From a virus, in the IMG/VR virus record IMGVR_UViG_3300044816_000082, positions 1-64,000 of that record: a stretch of 64,000 nucleotides of DNA, one strand, 5' to 3'. The position numbers and the translations under genes are program-made. Numbering within the stretch: position 1 is the stretch's first letter; each line of letters begins with the position of its first letter. The notes under the pieces were generated by a model, which was not told the origin of the DNA, ran no database searches, and saw nothing but the letters and a program-made list of their open reading frames with translations. Positions 29,678 through 40,164 of this stretch are shown here, in pieces.

Positions 29678-30457
29678 GTGAGCCTCCGCGCGACCCTGTG
29701 GGCTCTCGACGACGCACCGACTGACGACCCCGCGGAGGTGGTCGTCCTGCTCGCTCTAGCCGACGACGCGGACACTGAGGGCCGAAACGCGTGGCCTTCA
29801 CAGGTCCGCCTCGCGTCCCGATCTCGCTGCAGCCTGAGGACCGTGCAGCGTCGCCTCGTGGCGCTCGAGGACCGTGGCCTCATCGTCCGAAGCGAGACGA
29901 CTGACTCCCGGTACCAGTCACTCCCTGTGAGGAAACGGCCCGTCTGCTACGAGCTCTCACTGCACTTGACACGTCAGCCTGACGCGTCAGGGGAGACCGC
30001 CGACCCCTCGTCTGACACGACAGATTCCGCATTTTTGACACGACAGTCAGTGGCGGACAACCCGAAGACCAACCCGTACGTTCAAGAGCAACCCGTTAGG
30101 GCCGCGAAACGCGGCACAAGAATCGCGGATCCCTTCACGCTCACCGACGGTGACATCGCCTTCGCTCGAGAGCGTCGTGTTGTGACGAGCCGCCTCGAGC
30201 TCGAAGTGATGCGTGAGGCATTCGTGGCGCACCACGCCGCGAAGGGCACGGTCAGCAAAGACTGGCGGGCGTCATGGCGAACCTGGGTGCTGAACGCGGT
30301 GAAGTTCGGGGGCGGATCGGGTACGGTGCGCCGAGCGGTTGTGGGTGCGAACTCGCAGCACGAGGGACCGAGCAGGGCAATGACCGGAGCCGAGTGGCTC
30401 GCAGAAGGCACGGCCGGGGTAGCTCCCGGGCCGGTACAGGAAGGGCTACCGCTGTGA
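29678..30457 (+). CDS. Phage replication initiator (N-terminal wHTH)
   Basis: VLLALAD.AD..G..AWPSQ..LA......RTVQR.L..LE..GLI; C-terminal KDW.ASWRTWV. Confidence 0.8.
   Translation: MSLRATLWALDDAPTDDPAEVVVLLALADDADTEGRNAWPSQVRLASRSRCSLRTVQRRLVALEDRGLIVRSETTDSRYQSLPVRKRPVCYELSLHLTRQPDASGETADPSSDTTDSAFLTRQSVADNPKTNPYVQEQPVRAAKRGTRIADPFTLTDGDIAFARERRVVTSRLELEVMREAFVAHHAAKGTVSKDWRASWRTWVLNAVKFGGGSGTVRRAVVGANSQHEGPSRAMTGAEWLAEGTAGVAPGPVQEGLPL
29967..30046 (+). repeat. Four iteron-like repeats TGAC(A/G)CG(T/A)CAG, putative replication origin
   Basis: Copies at 29967, 29980, 30013, 30036 with a T5 run, inside the initiator gene. Confidence 0.65.
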
Positions 30458-31152
30458 GCAGCGAACCAACGTTGGTGGGCGAGAGCACCCCGGTTTGGCA
30501 GGACAGGATCCCGCCGGAGGTACGGGATCGGCTCGATGATGCTGGGTGGGATCAGGTGATGGTCGACGAGGGTCCGGCGGCGATCGCCGCAGAGGTTCGG
30601 GCCGTGCAGGAGCGGGCGCGTCGAGCGTGGTGGGAGCAGGCCGTCCCGGTCGACTTCCGGGCCGCGACCCTCGAGGCCGTGGGGATGCTCGGGGAGGGGC
30701 AGGCTGAGGCGATCCAGCGGTGGTTGCCGGGGACGACTCCGAACCTGCTGATCGTCGGTCAGACCGGGACGGGTAAGACCTACGCGGGGTATGCGGTGCT
30801 GCGGGAGGCTGCGCGCCTGGGGCAGTGGACGTGGGCATCAACTGCGTTCGAGCACGTCCGTAACAGCGGGTTCAGCGACGGCGACCCGAAGCTCGTGGAG
30901 AGGTCCTGCCGTGCTGACGTGCTGCTGCTCGACGACTTGGGGGCTGAGCGGACAACGGACTTCGCGGTGGAGTCGCTCGCGGCGCTGGTCGATGAGCGGC
31001 GGCGGGAGCACCGCCGTACGATCTTCACGACGAACCTCGGTCGGTCTGAGCTTGTGAAGCGGTACGACGACCGGATTGTGTCGCGGATCGCTGGCGGGGC
31101 ATCGGTCGTGTTGCTGAACGGGACCGACCGCCGGTTCACGCAGTCGTGGTAG
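30454..31152 (+). CDS. DnaC/IstB-like AAA+ helicase loader
   Basis: GQTGTGKT Walker A, LLLDDLGAE Walker B, TIFTTN, RIVSRI. Confidence 0.88.
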   Translation: MSSEPTLVGESTPVWQDRIPPEVRDRLDDAGWDQVMVDEGPAAIAAEVRAVQERARRAWWEQAVPVDFRAATLEAVGMLGEGQAEAIQRWLPGTTPNLLIVGQTGTGKTYAGYAVLREAARLGQWTWASTAFEHVRNSGFSDGDPKLVERSCRADVLLLDDLGAERTTDFAVESLAALVDERRREHRRTIFTTNLGRSELVKRYDDRIVSRIAGGASVVLLNGTDRRFTQSW

Positions 31153-31276
31153 CCGACGCGCCGGGGCACCCGACGGTCGAGGCGCGGTTGTTCCGCGTGT
31201 CCTTGTCGGTGTGGGCCGCGATGATCGTGGCTGCGGTGACCTGGCGGGGTTGCCGGCGGACCCGAAGGACCCGACT

Positions 31277-33172
31277 GTGACCAGCGCTGAGCTCGCCCCT
31301 GGTCCGCCTGTCGACGGTTGGGAGTTGCTCGCGCAGACCTACACAGGCGACCTGCGGATCCCGACGTTGGACAGCCCGACCGTCGTGAGCCTGTTCTCGG
31401 GCGTCGGCGGGCTCGACGCTGGATTCGAGATGGCCGGGTACCGCGTCGCGGTGCAGGTCGAGAAGGACAAGAACTGCCAGACCGTGCTGGGAGCACGGTT
31501 CCCCGATAGCCGAATCTTCGGTGACGTCACGGAGGTGTCCGTTGAGCAAGTCCTCGAGGCTTTGGGAGGACGACGACCCCACATTCTCATCGGGGGGTTC
31601 CCCTGCACAGACCTCTCTGTGGCCGGGGGCCGTGCTGGACTGGCTGGCACACGGTCCGGTCTCTACGGCGAGCTTATTCGGCTTGCTGATGGCCTCCTGC
31701 CCGAGTGGGTGGTGGTCGAGAACGTCCCCGGGCTGCTCTCTGCCGACATCGATCCCGAAGCCAACGACGGCGCCGGATGGGGACCAGGAACCGCCATGGG
31801 ACTTGTTCTCGGAGACCTCACCGGGTACCGCCCCCCCATCCCCGACGGTGGCTGGCGCAACAGCGGAGTGTGTGTGGGACCCCTCAGATCCGTCGCTTGG
31901 CGCGTCCTTGACGCTCGACACTTCGGAGTCGCCCAGCGTCGCCGCCGGGTGTTCCTTGTCGCGCACGTTGGAGACGGGACCGCACCTGCTGAGGTACTCC
32001 TTGAGCCCGAGGTCATGCGCGGGGATCCTCCGCAGGGCGTCGCGCCGCGGCCGCGCGCTTCCCGCCCAGTTGCACCGGCCGCTGTACGCGCAGGCGTCGG
32101 AACTGCTGACGGAGCAGGAGAGGGTGACGCTGGCCCCGCCCGGCCCTTGATGACCGCGGAGCAGGGCATCGTGAGCGCCCTAACGTCGAGCTTGGGTGAG
32201 GGTGGGCCGGACGCCGCGCATGCCCACGCGGGATGGTTCGTGGAGGTCGAGGAGCAGGACGTGACGAGCAGCCTGCTCGCGAGCGCCGGGGCAGGCCGTA
32301 TCCGCACTGAGGAAGCCGCCGGCGGGCAACTCGTGCCGCTCGATGAGGGAGCTGGGTTCACCCTCGAGTACCTCGCAGGGAGCTGCCCTACCCAAGCGTG
32401 GGGATGGCTGCCTGACAGCAGCCCGTTCTACTTCCGCGCTCGACACGGCCGGTGGACGATCGAGGTCGGCAACATCGGTTGGCCGCTGCTGTACGACCAG
32501 TGGCCCGAGGACCCTGAGGTGCTCACGAGCGGCGAGGACCCGACCCACGGGCACATGTCCGCTCAGGACGTGCGCCGTATCCTGAGCGAGACGTTCGCCG
32601 TCGGGGACACCCGAGCGACCGAGCTCGTCGTGGAGGCCGTGGACTTACGGAACGGCGGTCTGTCGACGGAGGTGACCAGCACCCTGCAATCACATGGCCG
32701 GTCCTACTCGCTGAACGCACAACCGACGATCCTCGAGCACGTCCCGGACGTGACCGCGACGGTCACCGCCAAATGGGCCAAGGGCAGTGGGGGGCCGGCC
32801 GGCGATGAGGCGCAGAACCTCGTCGCGACCGACCCGGAGACGTACAACCCTGTCCCGATCGACCTCAAGGCTGCGACCAAGACCGACCACCGGACCGGCG
32901 TCGGGACCGTCGGCGCTGGTTTCGGTGACCCCGGAGACCCCATCGGCACCCTCACGACCGGCTCCACGCAGGGCGTCAGCGGTCCCCGTGTGCGACGCCT
33001 GACCCCCACGGAATGCGAGCGGCTGATGGGAATGCCGGACGGATGGTGCAACCCCGACGGGAAGACCTCTGACAGCGCGGTCTACCGCGCGTGTGGGAAC
33101 GCTGTCGTGATGGCGGTCAGCGCATGGGTCGCGTGGCGCTTGGCTGCCTACGACGCCGGGTGGCGTCCCTGA
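31277..33172 (+). CDS. DNA (cytosine-5) methyltransferase with expanded variable region
   Basis: SLFSGVGG, GGFPC, ENVPG, Q.RRRVF, RRLTPTECERLMG, GNAV. Confidence 0.92.
   Translation: MTSAELAPGPPVDGWELLAQTYTGDLRIPTLDSPTVVSLFSGVGGLDAGFEMAGYRVAVQVEKDKNCQTVLGARFPDSRIFGDVTEVSVEQVLEALGGRRPHILIGGFPCTDLSVAGGRAGLAGTRSGLYGELIRLADGLLPEWVVVENVPGLLSADIDPEANDGAGWGPGTAMGLVLGDLTGYRPPIPDGGWRNSGVCVGPLRSVAWRVLDARHFGVAQRRRRVFLVAHVGDGTAPAEVLLEPEVMRGDPPQGVAPRPRASRPVAPAAVRAGVGTADGAGEGDAGPARPLMTAEQGIVSALTSSLGEGGPDAAHAHAGWFVEVEEQDVTSSLLASAGAGRIRTEEAAGGQLVPLDEGAGFTLEYLAGSCPTQAWGWLPDSSPFYFRARHGRWTIEVGNIGWPLLYDQWPEDPEVLTSGEDPTHGHMSAQDVRRILSETFAVGDTRATELVVEAVDLRNGGLSTEVTSTLQSHGRSYSLNAQPTILEHVPDVTATVTAKWAKGSGGPAGDEAQNLVATDPETYNPVPIDLKAATKTDHRTGVGTVGAGFGDPGDPIGTLTTGSTQGVSGPRVRRLTPTECERLMGMPDGWCNPDGKTSDSAVYRACGNAVVMAVSAWVAWRLAAYDAGWRP
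31521..32150 (+). CDS. Overprinted +1-frame ORF inside C5-MTase (beta-polypeptide-like)
   Basis: 209 codons; SESPSVAAGCSLSRTLETG....YSLSP.SCAGILRRA.RRG..LP. Confidence 0.55.
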   Translation: MTSRRCPLSKSSRLWEDDDPTFSSGGSPAQTSLWPGAVLDWLAHGPVSTASLFGLLMASCPSGWWSRTSPGCSLPTSIPKPTTAPDGDQEPPWDLFSETSPGTAPPSPTVAGATAECVWDPSDPSLGASLTLDTSESPSVAAGCSLSRTLETGPHLLRYSLSPRSCAGILRRASRRGRALPAQLHRPLYAQASELLTEQERVTLAPPGP

Positions 33173-33627
33173 TGGCCGGCGAGCGGGACCCGGATCTGCT
33201 CCGGATGCTCACCGTCCAACAGCCCCACGCCTACGCCCTCGCGGTCGGCCTGAAACCGGTCGAGAACAGGACGACCCGAACGCGGCACCGGGGTCCGGTC
33301 GGGATCCACGCCGGGTTGCTGTGGAGCGTCCGCGGCCACCCCGATGCCCGCCTCGCGACCTTGGAGCACGCCCGTGCGGGAGGGCTGACGACGCTGTCGC
33401 GGGGGAGCCGTCCCGGTCCTGGGTGGGCGCGCGGGGCGGTGATCGCGGTCGCGCAGATCACCGGGTGCCACCTGGACGTCGGGTGCTGCCGACCGTGGGG
33501 TGAGGAAGGCACTTGGCATTGGGAGGTCGAGACCCCCCGGTTGCTGAGCGCCCCCGTCCCAGCTCGCGGTCAACTCGGCCTGTGGCAGGCATCGAAGGCG
33601 CTGCGCGACGCGGTGTCCGCGGCATGA
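33172..33627 (+). CDS. ASCH-domain protein
   Basis: LTVQQPHA.....G.KPVENR......RGPVGIHAG...RGQLGLW. Confidence 0.85.
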   Translation: MAGERDPDLLRMLTVQQPHAYALAVGLKPVENRTTRTRHRGPVGIHAGLLWSVRGHPDARLATLEHARAGGLTTLSRGSRPGPGWARGAVIAVAQITGCHLDVGCCRPWGEEGTWHWEVETPRLLSAPVPARGQLGLWQASKALRDAVSAA

Positions 33628-33835
33628 GCGAGGCACGGTGTGAACGCACCGAGCTCCTTGTCAGCGCCTGCGGGCATTGCCGCAGCGCGGCGGATCCCCG
33701 GGTCCCGGTCATGACCGTGATCGCCGCGAACTACAACGGGCACTGCGCCGCGTGCGACGAGCTCGTGGAGGCCGGCGACGCGATCGGGCACAGCACGGAT
33801 GGGTGGGTCGGTATGCGGTGCTGCGGGATTAGGGC

Positions 33836-35008
33836 ATGACCGCGCATGTGCTCCGCGCGGATGCCCGGGCGTTGCCGCTCCCCAACGACAGCGTCGACGC
33901 TGTCGTGACGTCCCCGCCGTTCTTCTCGCTCCGTTCCTACCAGGACGGCGGGGAGCACTACGCCGGACAGATCGGGGATGAGGCCGACCCGGAGCTGTTC
34001 GTCGAGGCGCTGCTCGACGTGACCCGCGAATGCATGCGGGTCCTCAAACCGACCGGGTCGTTGTGGCTGAACCTCGGAGACAAGTACGCAGAGCGGGCCG
34101 GTCCTGCCCGGGCGGGCGGCGTCGACGATGACCCGGCCGGGCCGCGTCGCCCCGCGAACCGGCCACCTCGGGGACGGCGGGGCAGTATCCGGGCGAAGTC
34201 CCTGATGGGCATTCCGTGGCGGTACGCCCTCGGGTGCATCGATGAACTCGGCCTGATCCTGCGCGCCGAGGTCGTGTGGCAGAAACCGAACGGCCTCCCG
34301 GAGTCCGTCACGGACCGAGTCCGGCGCTCGCACGAGACGTGGTTCCATCTTGTCCAGCAGCCCCGGTACTACAGCGCCGTCGACGAGCTCCGCCAGCCTC
34401 ACCAAGCGTCGACAATGAGCCGAGCGCGGCATGCGACGGACAAGGCGATGAGTGGGCGCATGCACGGATCACCCGGGGAGAAGCGTGACCACGCGAATGC
34501 GTGGACGCCGTCCCCCCTCGGGGCGCTCCCCGGATCGGTGTGGACGGTCCCGACGTCGCCGCTCGATGTCCCCGACCACCTCGGGGTTGACCACTACGCC
34601 GCGTTCCCCCCCGAATGGCCCAAACGGTTGATCACCGGCTGGTCACCGCCGGGGATCTGCGTGCGCTGCGGGGCCGGGCGCCGCCCGGTAGCGGCCGTTG
34701 CTGTCCGGGAACCGAACGATCAGCCGGGCCGGACGATCCTCGGGTACGCCTGCGACTGCCCGACCCCTGACGCCCCGACCCGCCCCGCGGTGATCTTGGA
34801 CCCGTTCGGGGGGACCGGCACGACCGCGATGGTCGCGTCGTGCCTGGGCCGGGTTGGGATCAGCGTCGACCTGAGCCACGACTACAACCGCGTCGCCCGA
34901 TGGCGCACAGGTGATCCGCGGCAACGCGCCCGGGTCCTTGAACTCCCCCCGCCAGCCGAACAGGCTGACGGCCAAACCAGCCTGTTCGACACCGTGGAGG
35001 ACCTGTGA
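33836..35008 (+). CDS. DNA N4-C/N6-A methyltransferase (beta class)
   Basis: VTSPPF, LWLNLGD, W.KPN.LPESV.DR, HYAAFP, LDPFGGTGTT. Confidence 0.9.
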   Translation: MTAHVLRADARALPLPNDSVDAVVTSPPFFSLRSYQDGGEHYAGQIGDEADPELFVEALLDVTRECMRVLKPTGSLWLNLGDKYAERAGPARAGGVDDDPAGPRRPANRPPRGRRGSIRAKSLMGIPWRYALGCIDELGLILRAEVVWQKPNGLPESVTDRVRRSHETWFHLVQQPRYYSAVDELRQPHQASTMSRARHATDKAMSGRMHGSPGEKRDHANAWTPSPLGALPGSVWTVPTSPLDVPDHLGVDHYAAFPPEWPKRLITGWSPPGICVRCGAGRRPVAAVAVREPNDQPGRTILGYACDCPTPDAPTRPAVILDPFGGTGTTAMVASCLGRVGISVDLSHDYNRVARWRTGDPRQRARVLELPPPAEQADGQTSLFDTVEDL

Positions 35009-36817
35009 CCGTGACGAAGCCCGACTACACCGACCCGCTCATGGACGCGATCGGGTCCGCCGATTGCCACTGCGAGCCCGGCGACGGGACCTGCGCTGAC
35101 TGGCCCAACCTGCTCGAGCGGCACCGGGCGATCGGTGAGGCCGTCCGCACCCGGATCCTCGCCGCGCCCCGCGTCGTCGCGACCTTGGTCGGTGACAACG
35201 CCGGCGTAGGCGACGGCGGGTACCGCGTCATCGGGGAGCTCATCACCCCTGACGACCCCGAAGCGACCGGCGTGTTCGTCCTCGCGAAGGGCACCGTCTA
35301 CCGACTCAAGGCCGACGCCGGGTATGTCGTGAGTGTCCGGCCCGCTCCCGCAGGTGCCGAGGACGTCGCCCCGAGCGTGCCCGCATGACCGACCTGCTCC
35401 GTCCCGGGATCCCCGGTTTCCTGGCTCACCTCGACGTGTGGAACGGGCACCCGGTCGCCTGGTCTCAGTCCAGGGACGCGGACGGGAAACCGATGCTGTA
35501 CCTCGACCCCCAGCGCCGGGACACCTGCTGGGCCGAACGTAGGTGCGGCGTCTGCTACCTCGACCTCGACTACAGACTGGGGTTCCTCGTCCAAGCACCC
35601 ACCGACGAGCGTGCCCGCGCGGCCCGCTGGCACCTCCAAGCAGGGGTCCACCCACGCTGCGCGCCCTACGCCGGCCTCGACGCCCACCCCGGCATGACCG
35701 TCTACGTGTGCATCACCCGTGGGTACAAGGTCCGGATGTGGACCGACCCCACCGACCGTGGACGCCCCGCGATCCGCAAAGCACACGCCGCGCCCTACAC
35801 AAGCCTGGAGCGGCTCCCCGTCCCCACCGCAGTCCGACCCGACGGGACCCGCCGCACCCCAAGCGGGCTGGTCGTACCGTGACCCGCCCCGAACAGTTCG
35901 GGATCGCCCTGTGCAAGGAGTGCAAGCAGTACCCCGGCGAACTCTGGCCCGGTCAGCTCCACGCCTACTGCGACGCGTGTCGTGACATCCCCCCGATCCG
36001 CCGCCGGACCCCACAGACCGTCCTCGACGCCCTCGCCCTCGCTGAGGCAGCCGGACAGCCCATCCCGGGCCGGCGATGATCCGCACCGCCGGCGGCACCG
36101 CGCCCGGCAGCCGACCCCTGCACATCCTCGCCCCCGACCCCGACCACCACGGCCTCGAACGCCCGGTGTGCGGCGCCAACGAGTACGCCGTGGTGAGCCT
36201 GCGCGCTGACCTTGTCACCCTCGACCGGCGGTGCGCCGCTGACGGGTGTTACCAGGCGTGGCCCGTCACCGACACCGAACAAGCCTTCACCGCCGCCCTC
36301 ACGAGCCCGTGGGGACGCCGCTCAGCAGGAAGGACCACCCCTTGATGGATGAAGCCGAGACGCCCCGCTCGCGTTACCACCGCAAGACAGGTTTGACGAC
36401 GAGCCCCGGACTGTTCTTCTGCGACTCCTGCGGTGCCCCCAAACCCGACACCACCCCCGGCCGGGCATGCCCCGACGGGTGCGGAAGCCGCGTCACAAGC
36501 AGCCGCCCCCCAGCGACCGTCAACGCAGCCCTCGCGATCCTCGAGCACAACGGATGGACAATCCGCACCGACTACACCCGCCGCAGCGCCTCCGAGCCAT
36601 GGGAGCTCAACCCCTCTACGCTCCCCCAAAGCACCCACATCAGCGAGGAACGATGACGACCTGCACAGCCTGCGACGACCCCGACTGCTACACCCGCACC
36701 ACCGACCGCCCCCCAGCCCCCCCACCCCGCCTCGGCCGGAAACGCTGCACCACCTGCGGATACCTCATGGACATCCTCACGACCACCACCACCACCCACC
36801 CCTGCTGCACCCCATGA
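35005..36817 (+). other. Run of small hypothetical ORFs (35005-35388, 35385-35882, 35879-36079, 36076-36345, 36345-36656, 36653-36817)
   Basis: Coupled ATGA/GTGA overlaps; many CxxC motifs. Confidence 0.55.
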
Positions 36818-37530
36818 CCACCATGACCCCAACACCACCCCGCAAGACCGGCCGGACCCTTCGCCTCACCCCTGACCTCCAAGAACGACTCTGCGCCCAC
36901 CTCAGCGCCGGTCACTACCTAGACGCGTCCTGCCACCTAGAAGGCGTCGGCGCCAGCACCGTGTTCAGATGGCTCGCCCTCGGCCAAGACGAAGCCTTCC
37001 GCATCACCAACGGCATGACCGCCGCCGACCGCCGCGAACACAACGAACCGAGCGCCGCCAGCCAACGCCCCTACTTAGAGTTTCGAGAGGCCGTGCTCCG
37101 CGCACGTGCTGTTGCTGAGGACGTCGCCGTCAGTGTGGTCCGCAAGGTGATGGTCGGTGGGTTCGTCGTGGAGAAGCGCACGATCACCGAGGGTGACCGG
37201 ACCGAGTCGATCGAGCGGGTCGCGCAACCCGATGGGAAGCTCGCCCTTGAGTACCTGTCGAGGGTCGCCCCGCAACGCTGGGGACGGCAGCAACGGGTCG
37301 CGTTCACCACCGCGGAGGAACACGGCGCGACCGGCCACGACCAGCAAGACATTGCCTCTGGACGTGAGCTCCGCGCGCACCTCGACGCGTTCTATCTCGC
37401 GCGGGGTGAGGAGCCACCGCCGGCGTTGCCCCCTGGCCCGAACGAGAGCCGTCCGTGGGAGGACGCGCCGGAATGGGACGGGTACGACGGGACCGACGAT
37501 GAACCGCTCGAGGGGACCGTGGAACCATGA
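36814..37530 (+). CDS. Terminase small subunit-like HTH protein
   Basis: GR..RLTPD...L.AG.....C...GV..STVFRWL..G...Y.EFREAV..ARA.AE...ALEYL.R..P.RWGR. Confidence 0.65.
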   Translation: MTTMTPTPPRKTGRTLRLTPDLQERLCAHLSAGHYLDASCHLEGVGASTVFRWLALGQDEAFRITNGMTAADRREHNEPSAASQRPYLEFREAVLRARAVAEDVAVSVVRKVMVGGFVVEKRTITEGDRTESIERVAQPDGKLALEYLSRVAPQRWGRQQRVAFTTAEEHGATGHDQQDIASGRELRAHLDAFYLARGEEPPPALPPGPNESRPWEDAPEWDGYDGTDDEPLEGTVEP

Positions 37531-38612
37531 CCGAGCTCCTGACCGACGCTGAGCACGCGCTCCTGGGCATGCTCGCGTCCGCGATGGAGGTGTACGCCCG
37601 GGATGTCGTCGTCGGCGGCCGGACCTATGAGCGGGACGTCGCGGAGTTCGCGGTGGCTCTCCACGTGCTGCAGAACATGGTCCTAGCGCAGGCCGCAGCC
37701 CGCGCCTACCCACGCAGGTACCGCCTCGCGGGGTTGAGCGTCGTCGACCGCACCGACGGGGTGTGAGGTGCCGACCCCCGAGCAGCAGGCTGCGTTGGAC
37801 GCGCTCGTCGTCGCGTGTGGAGGTCCCGCGATCCGACCCAACACCACCCGGCGGGGTGGAAGACCCCCGCAGCACTGCTTCGCGTGCGGCGGGTATGAGG
37901 GGAAACTCAAGCGCCTCCGGGCGGGACGGTCCACGCAGGCGTGGTTCCACCCGGCGTGCCACAAACGCTGGCAGGCGGGTGCAGCGCCCGTCCCACCTGT
38001 GGTGTCGTGAACCCGCGGACGCACGCGGAGACGTTCAGCCTCGGCTCCGAGCTGACGCGCCTCACGAGCCTCGGTCTGCGCGATGACGTGCTCCTGTTCG
38101 CCCTCGGGGTGTACCTGGGGCAGCAGGAATGGACCCCGGGCACGACCCTGACGGTCGCGGGTTGCGCCCGGACCGTCCACGCCCCCCGCGTCACGTCGGT
38201 GACGATCAACGGGATCCCCGACGTTCACGACGGCGCCCTCGACTGGGCACGGAATGTCCTACGAAACGACCTGCCCCGGCACGTCCCCGAGCACGTCGCG
38301 CACCCCCGGGCGCCCCTCAAGTGTGCACGGTGTGGTGCCCCCGCGAACGGGTGGAACAGCGCCCACGCCCCCGTCATGGTCAACAACGAGGTGGTGTGGC
38401 GGCACTACTGCAAGCGCCACAAGGCAACGGCCCGGACCAACCCGACTGAGGGATGGAAGTTCGTCCGGACTCTCCCCCACAACAGCGGAGGGCTGCTCCG
38501 CACCGCCCTCCCCGACATCGACGTCGACCAGCTCTACGCATGGGCTGTCCCGGGGTGGGCCGACTCGGACGGTCGTACCCGACCTGCTCTCCTGCGGCTC
38601 GTCACATGGTGA
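37527..38612 (+). other. Small hypothetical ORFs (37527-37766, 37768-38010, 38007-38612)
   Basis: Coupled overlaps; Cys-rich. Confidence 0.5.
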
Positions 38613-38772
38613 AACGGGACGGTCCGGGTCGAGCTCCACGCTCACGCCGAGCTCCGGGTCGGGGACCCGCGAGCCGTGCATCGGGAGCCCGGTACGACGA
38701 TGCTCCCGCCGCCCTGGTCCTCGGTCTCGTCCTGAACTTCGTTCCCCTCGGGTCAGGGCCGGGTCGTCACTG

Positions 38773-39117
38773 GTGGTGATAGCCGTTGCCCGGCGCGTCG
38801 TCAACAGCGACGGGACATCGCTCGGGTATCACCTGCTGCTGTGGTGCCCGGGTTGCGACCAGCTCCACGTCATCGACTACACCGGCCCCGACGGGGTCGT
38901 CCCGAAGGTCTGCTGGGAGTGGGACGGGAACCTCACCGCCCCCACCATCAGCCCCTCACTGCTATACACGTGGACGTCCGGTCCCGAACGGGTCGAGCAC
39001 GTCTGTCATTCCCACATCGTCGCCGGGTCGTGGCAGTTCCTCGCGGACTGCACGCACACCCTTCGGGGTCAGACCGTGCCGCTCCCCGCCCTGCCCACAT
39101 GGGTCACCCGCGAGTAG
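38773..39117 (+). CDS. DUF6527-like small Cys/His protein
   Basis: WCPGC..LH...WEWDGN..APTISPSLL...CHSHI..G..QFLADCTH.L.GQTV. Confidence 0.7.
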   Translation: MVIAVARRVVNSDGTSLGYHLLLWCPGCDQLHVIDYTGPDGVVPKVCWEWDGNLTAPTISPSLLYTWTSGPERVEHVCHSHIVAGSWQFLADCTHTLRGQTVPLPALPTWVTRE

Positions 39118-39294
39118 TATCACCACCCGTCGAGGGCACCTTGGTGGCGGTCCACGGCCGGGGCACCTGCCCCGTGCACGGCGAGGCCCCCGGGCAGCGC
39201 GGAGGCGCGGCGCTCGGGGATCCTCGCGACACGCGGACCCGCGCGGTGGTGGGAAGACAGCCAGCACCGGCGGGTCCGTTCTACGCTGCGACCC

Positions 39295-39984
39295 ATGACG
39301 ACACCTGAGGTCCTCCCCGAAGCTGTGATACCCGGCCGTCGCCTCGGCCGGCACATCGAACACGATGAACGGTCCCGCGCCTACGCGGTCACGACTCGGC
39401 GGAAGAAACCCATCAGCCGCCGGTGGGCACGACGCAGCCCCGTGCTGGACCAGGGTCAGGTCGGAAGCTGCGTCGGGAACACGTTCGCGGGGTGGCTCGC
39501 GACCGACACCGCCCTTCGGCAGGGCACCACGACCGTCGATGAGTCCCTCGCCGTCGAGGTCTACGGACGCGCGACAGCCCTGGACAGGATCCCCGGGACA
39601 TACCCGCCCGACGACACCGGGTCGACGGGGCTCGCGGGCGCGAAGGCGATGGTCGCCCTCGGCCTCGCGAAGGGCCCCTACCACCACGCGTTCAGCGTGG
39701 CCGACGCCCTGCTGGCTCTGTCCTACGTCGGCCCGTTGTGCGTCGGGATCGAGTGGCGTGAGGGACTCGACACCCCCGACCCGTCCGGGATGTGCACGTT
39801 CAGCGGCGCCGTCCGGGGTGGCCACGAGCAGTTGTGGGACGAGCTCGACGTGGAACACGGCGTCGTGTGGTTCACGAACTCCTGGTCAGACACTTGGGGC
39901 GTCGCCGGTCGGGCATGCCTGTCGATCGCGGACTTCGGCCGCGCGCTCGCTGCGCAGGGCGACGTGGTGGTCCTGACCGGATGA
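39295..39984 (+). CDS. Papain-like (C1) cysteine peptidase
   Basis: LDQGQVGSCVG (Q/C), GGHE (H), NSWSDTWG (N). Confidence 0.85.
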   Translation: MTTPEVLPEAVIPGRRLGRHIEHDERSRAYAVTTRRKKPISRRWARRSPVLDQGQVGSCVGNTFAGWLATDTALRQGTTTVDESLAVEVYGRATALDRIPGTYPPDDTGSTGLAGAKAMVALGLAKGPYHHAFSVADALLALSYVGPLCVGIEWREGLDTPDPSGMCTFSGAVRGGHEQLWDELDVEHGVVWFTNSWSDTWGVAGRACLSIADFGRALAAQGDVVVLTG

Positions 39985-40164
39985 GTACCTCCGATGACGA
40001 CGACCTGACGGGGATCCTCAACGTCGAGGGGATCCGTGCGTACGCGGCAGGCAACGACGTCGCATCAGGGTCGACCGTCATCGACGCGGTCAAGGCCGCG
40101 TTGGAGGACAGGTTGCGGCACCCCCGGACGATCCCGACCTCCCTCACGTCACCTGGCACCTGAC

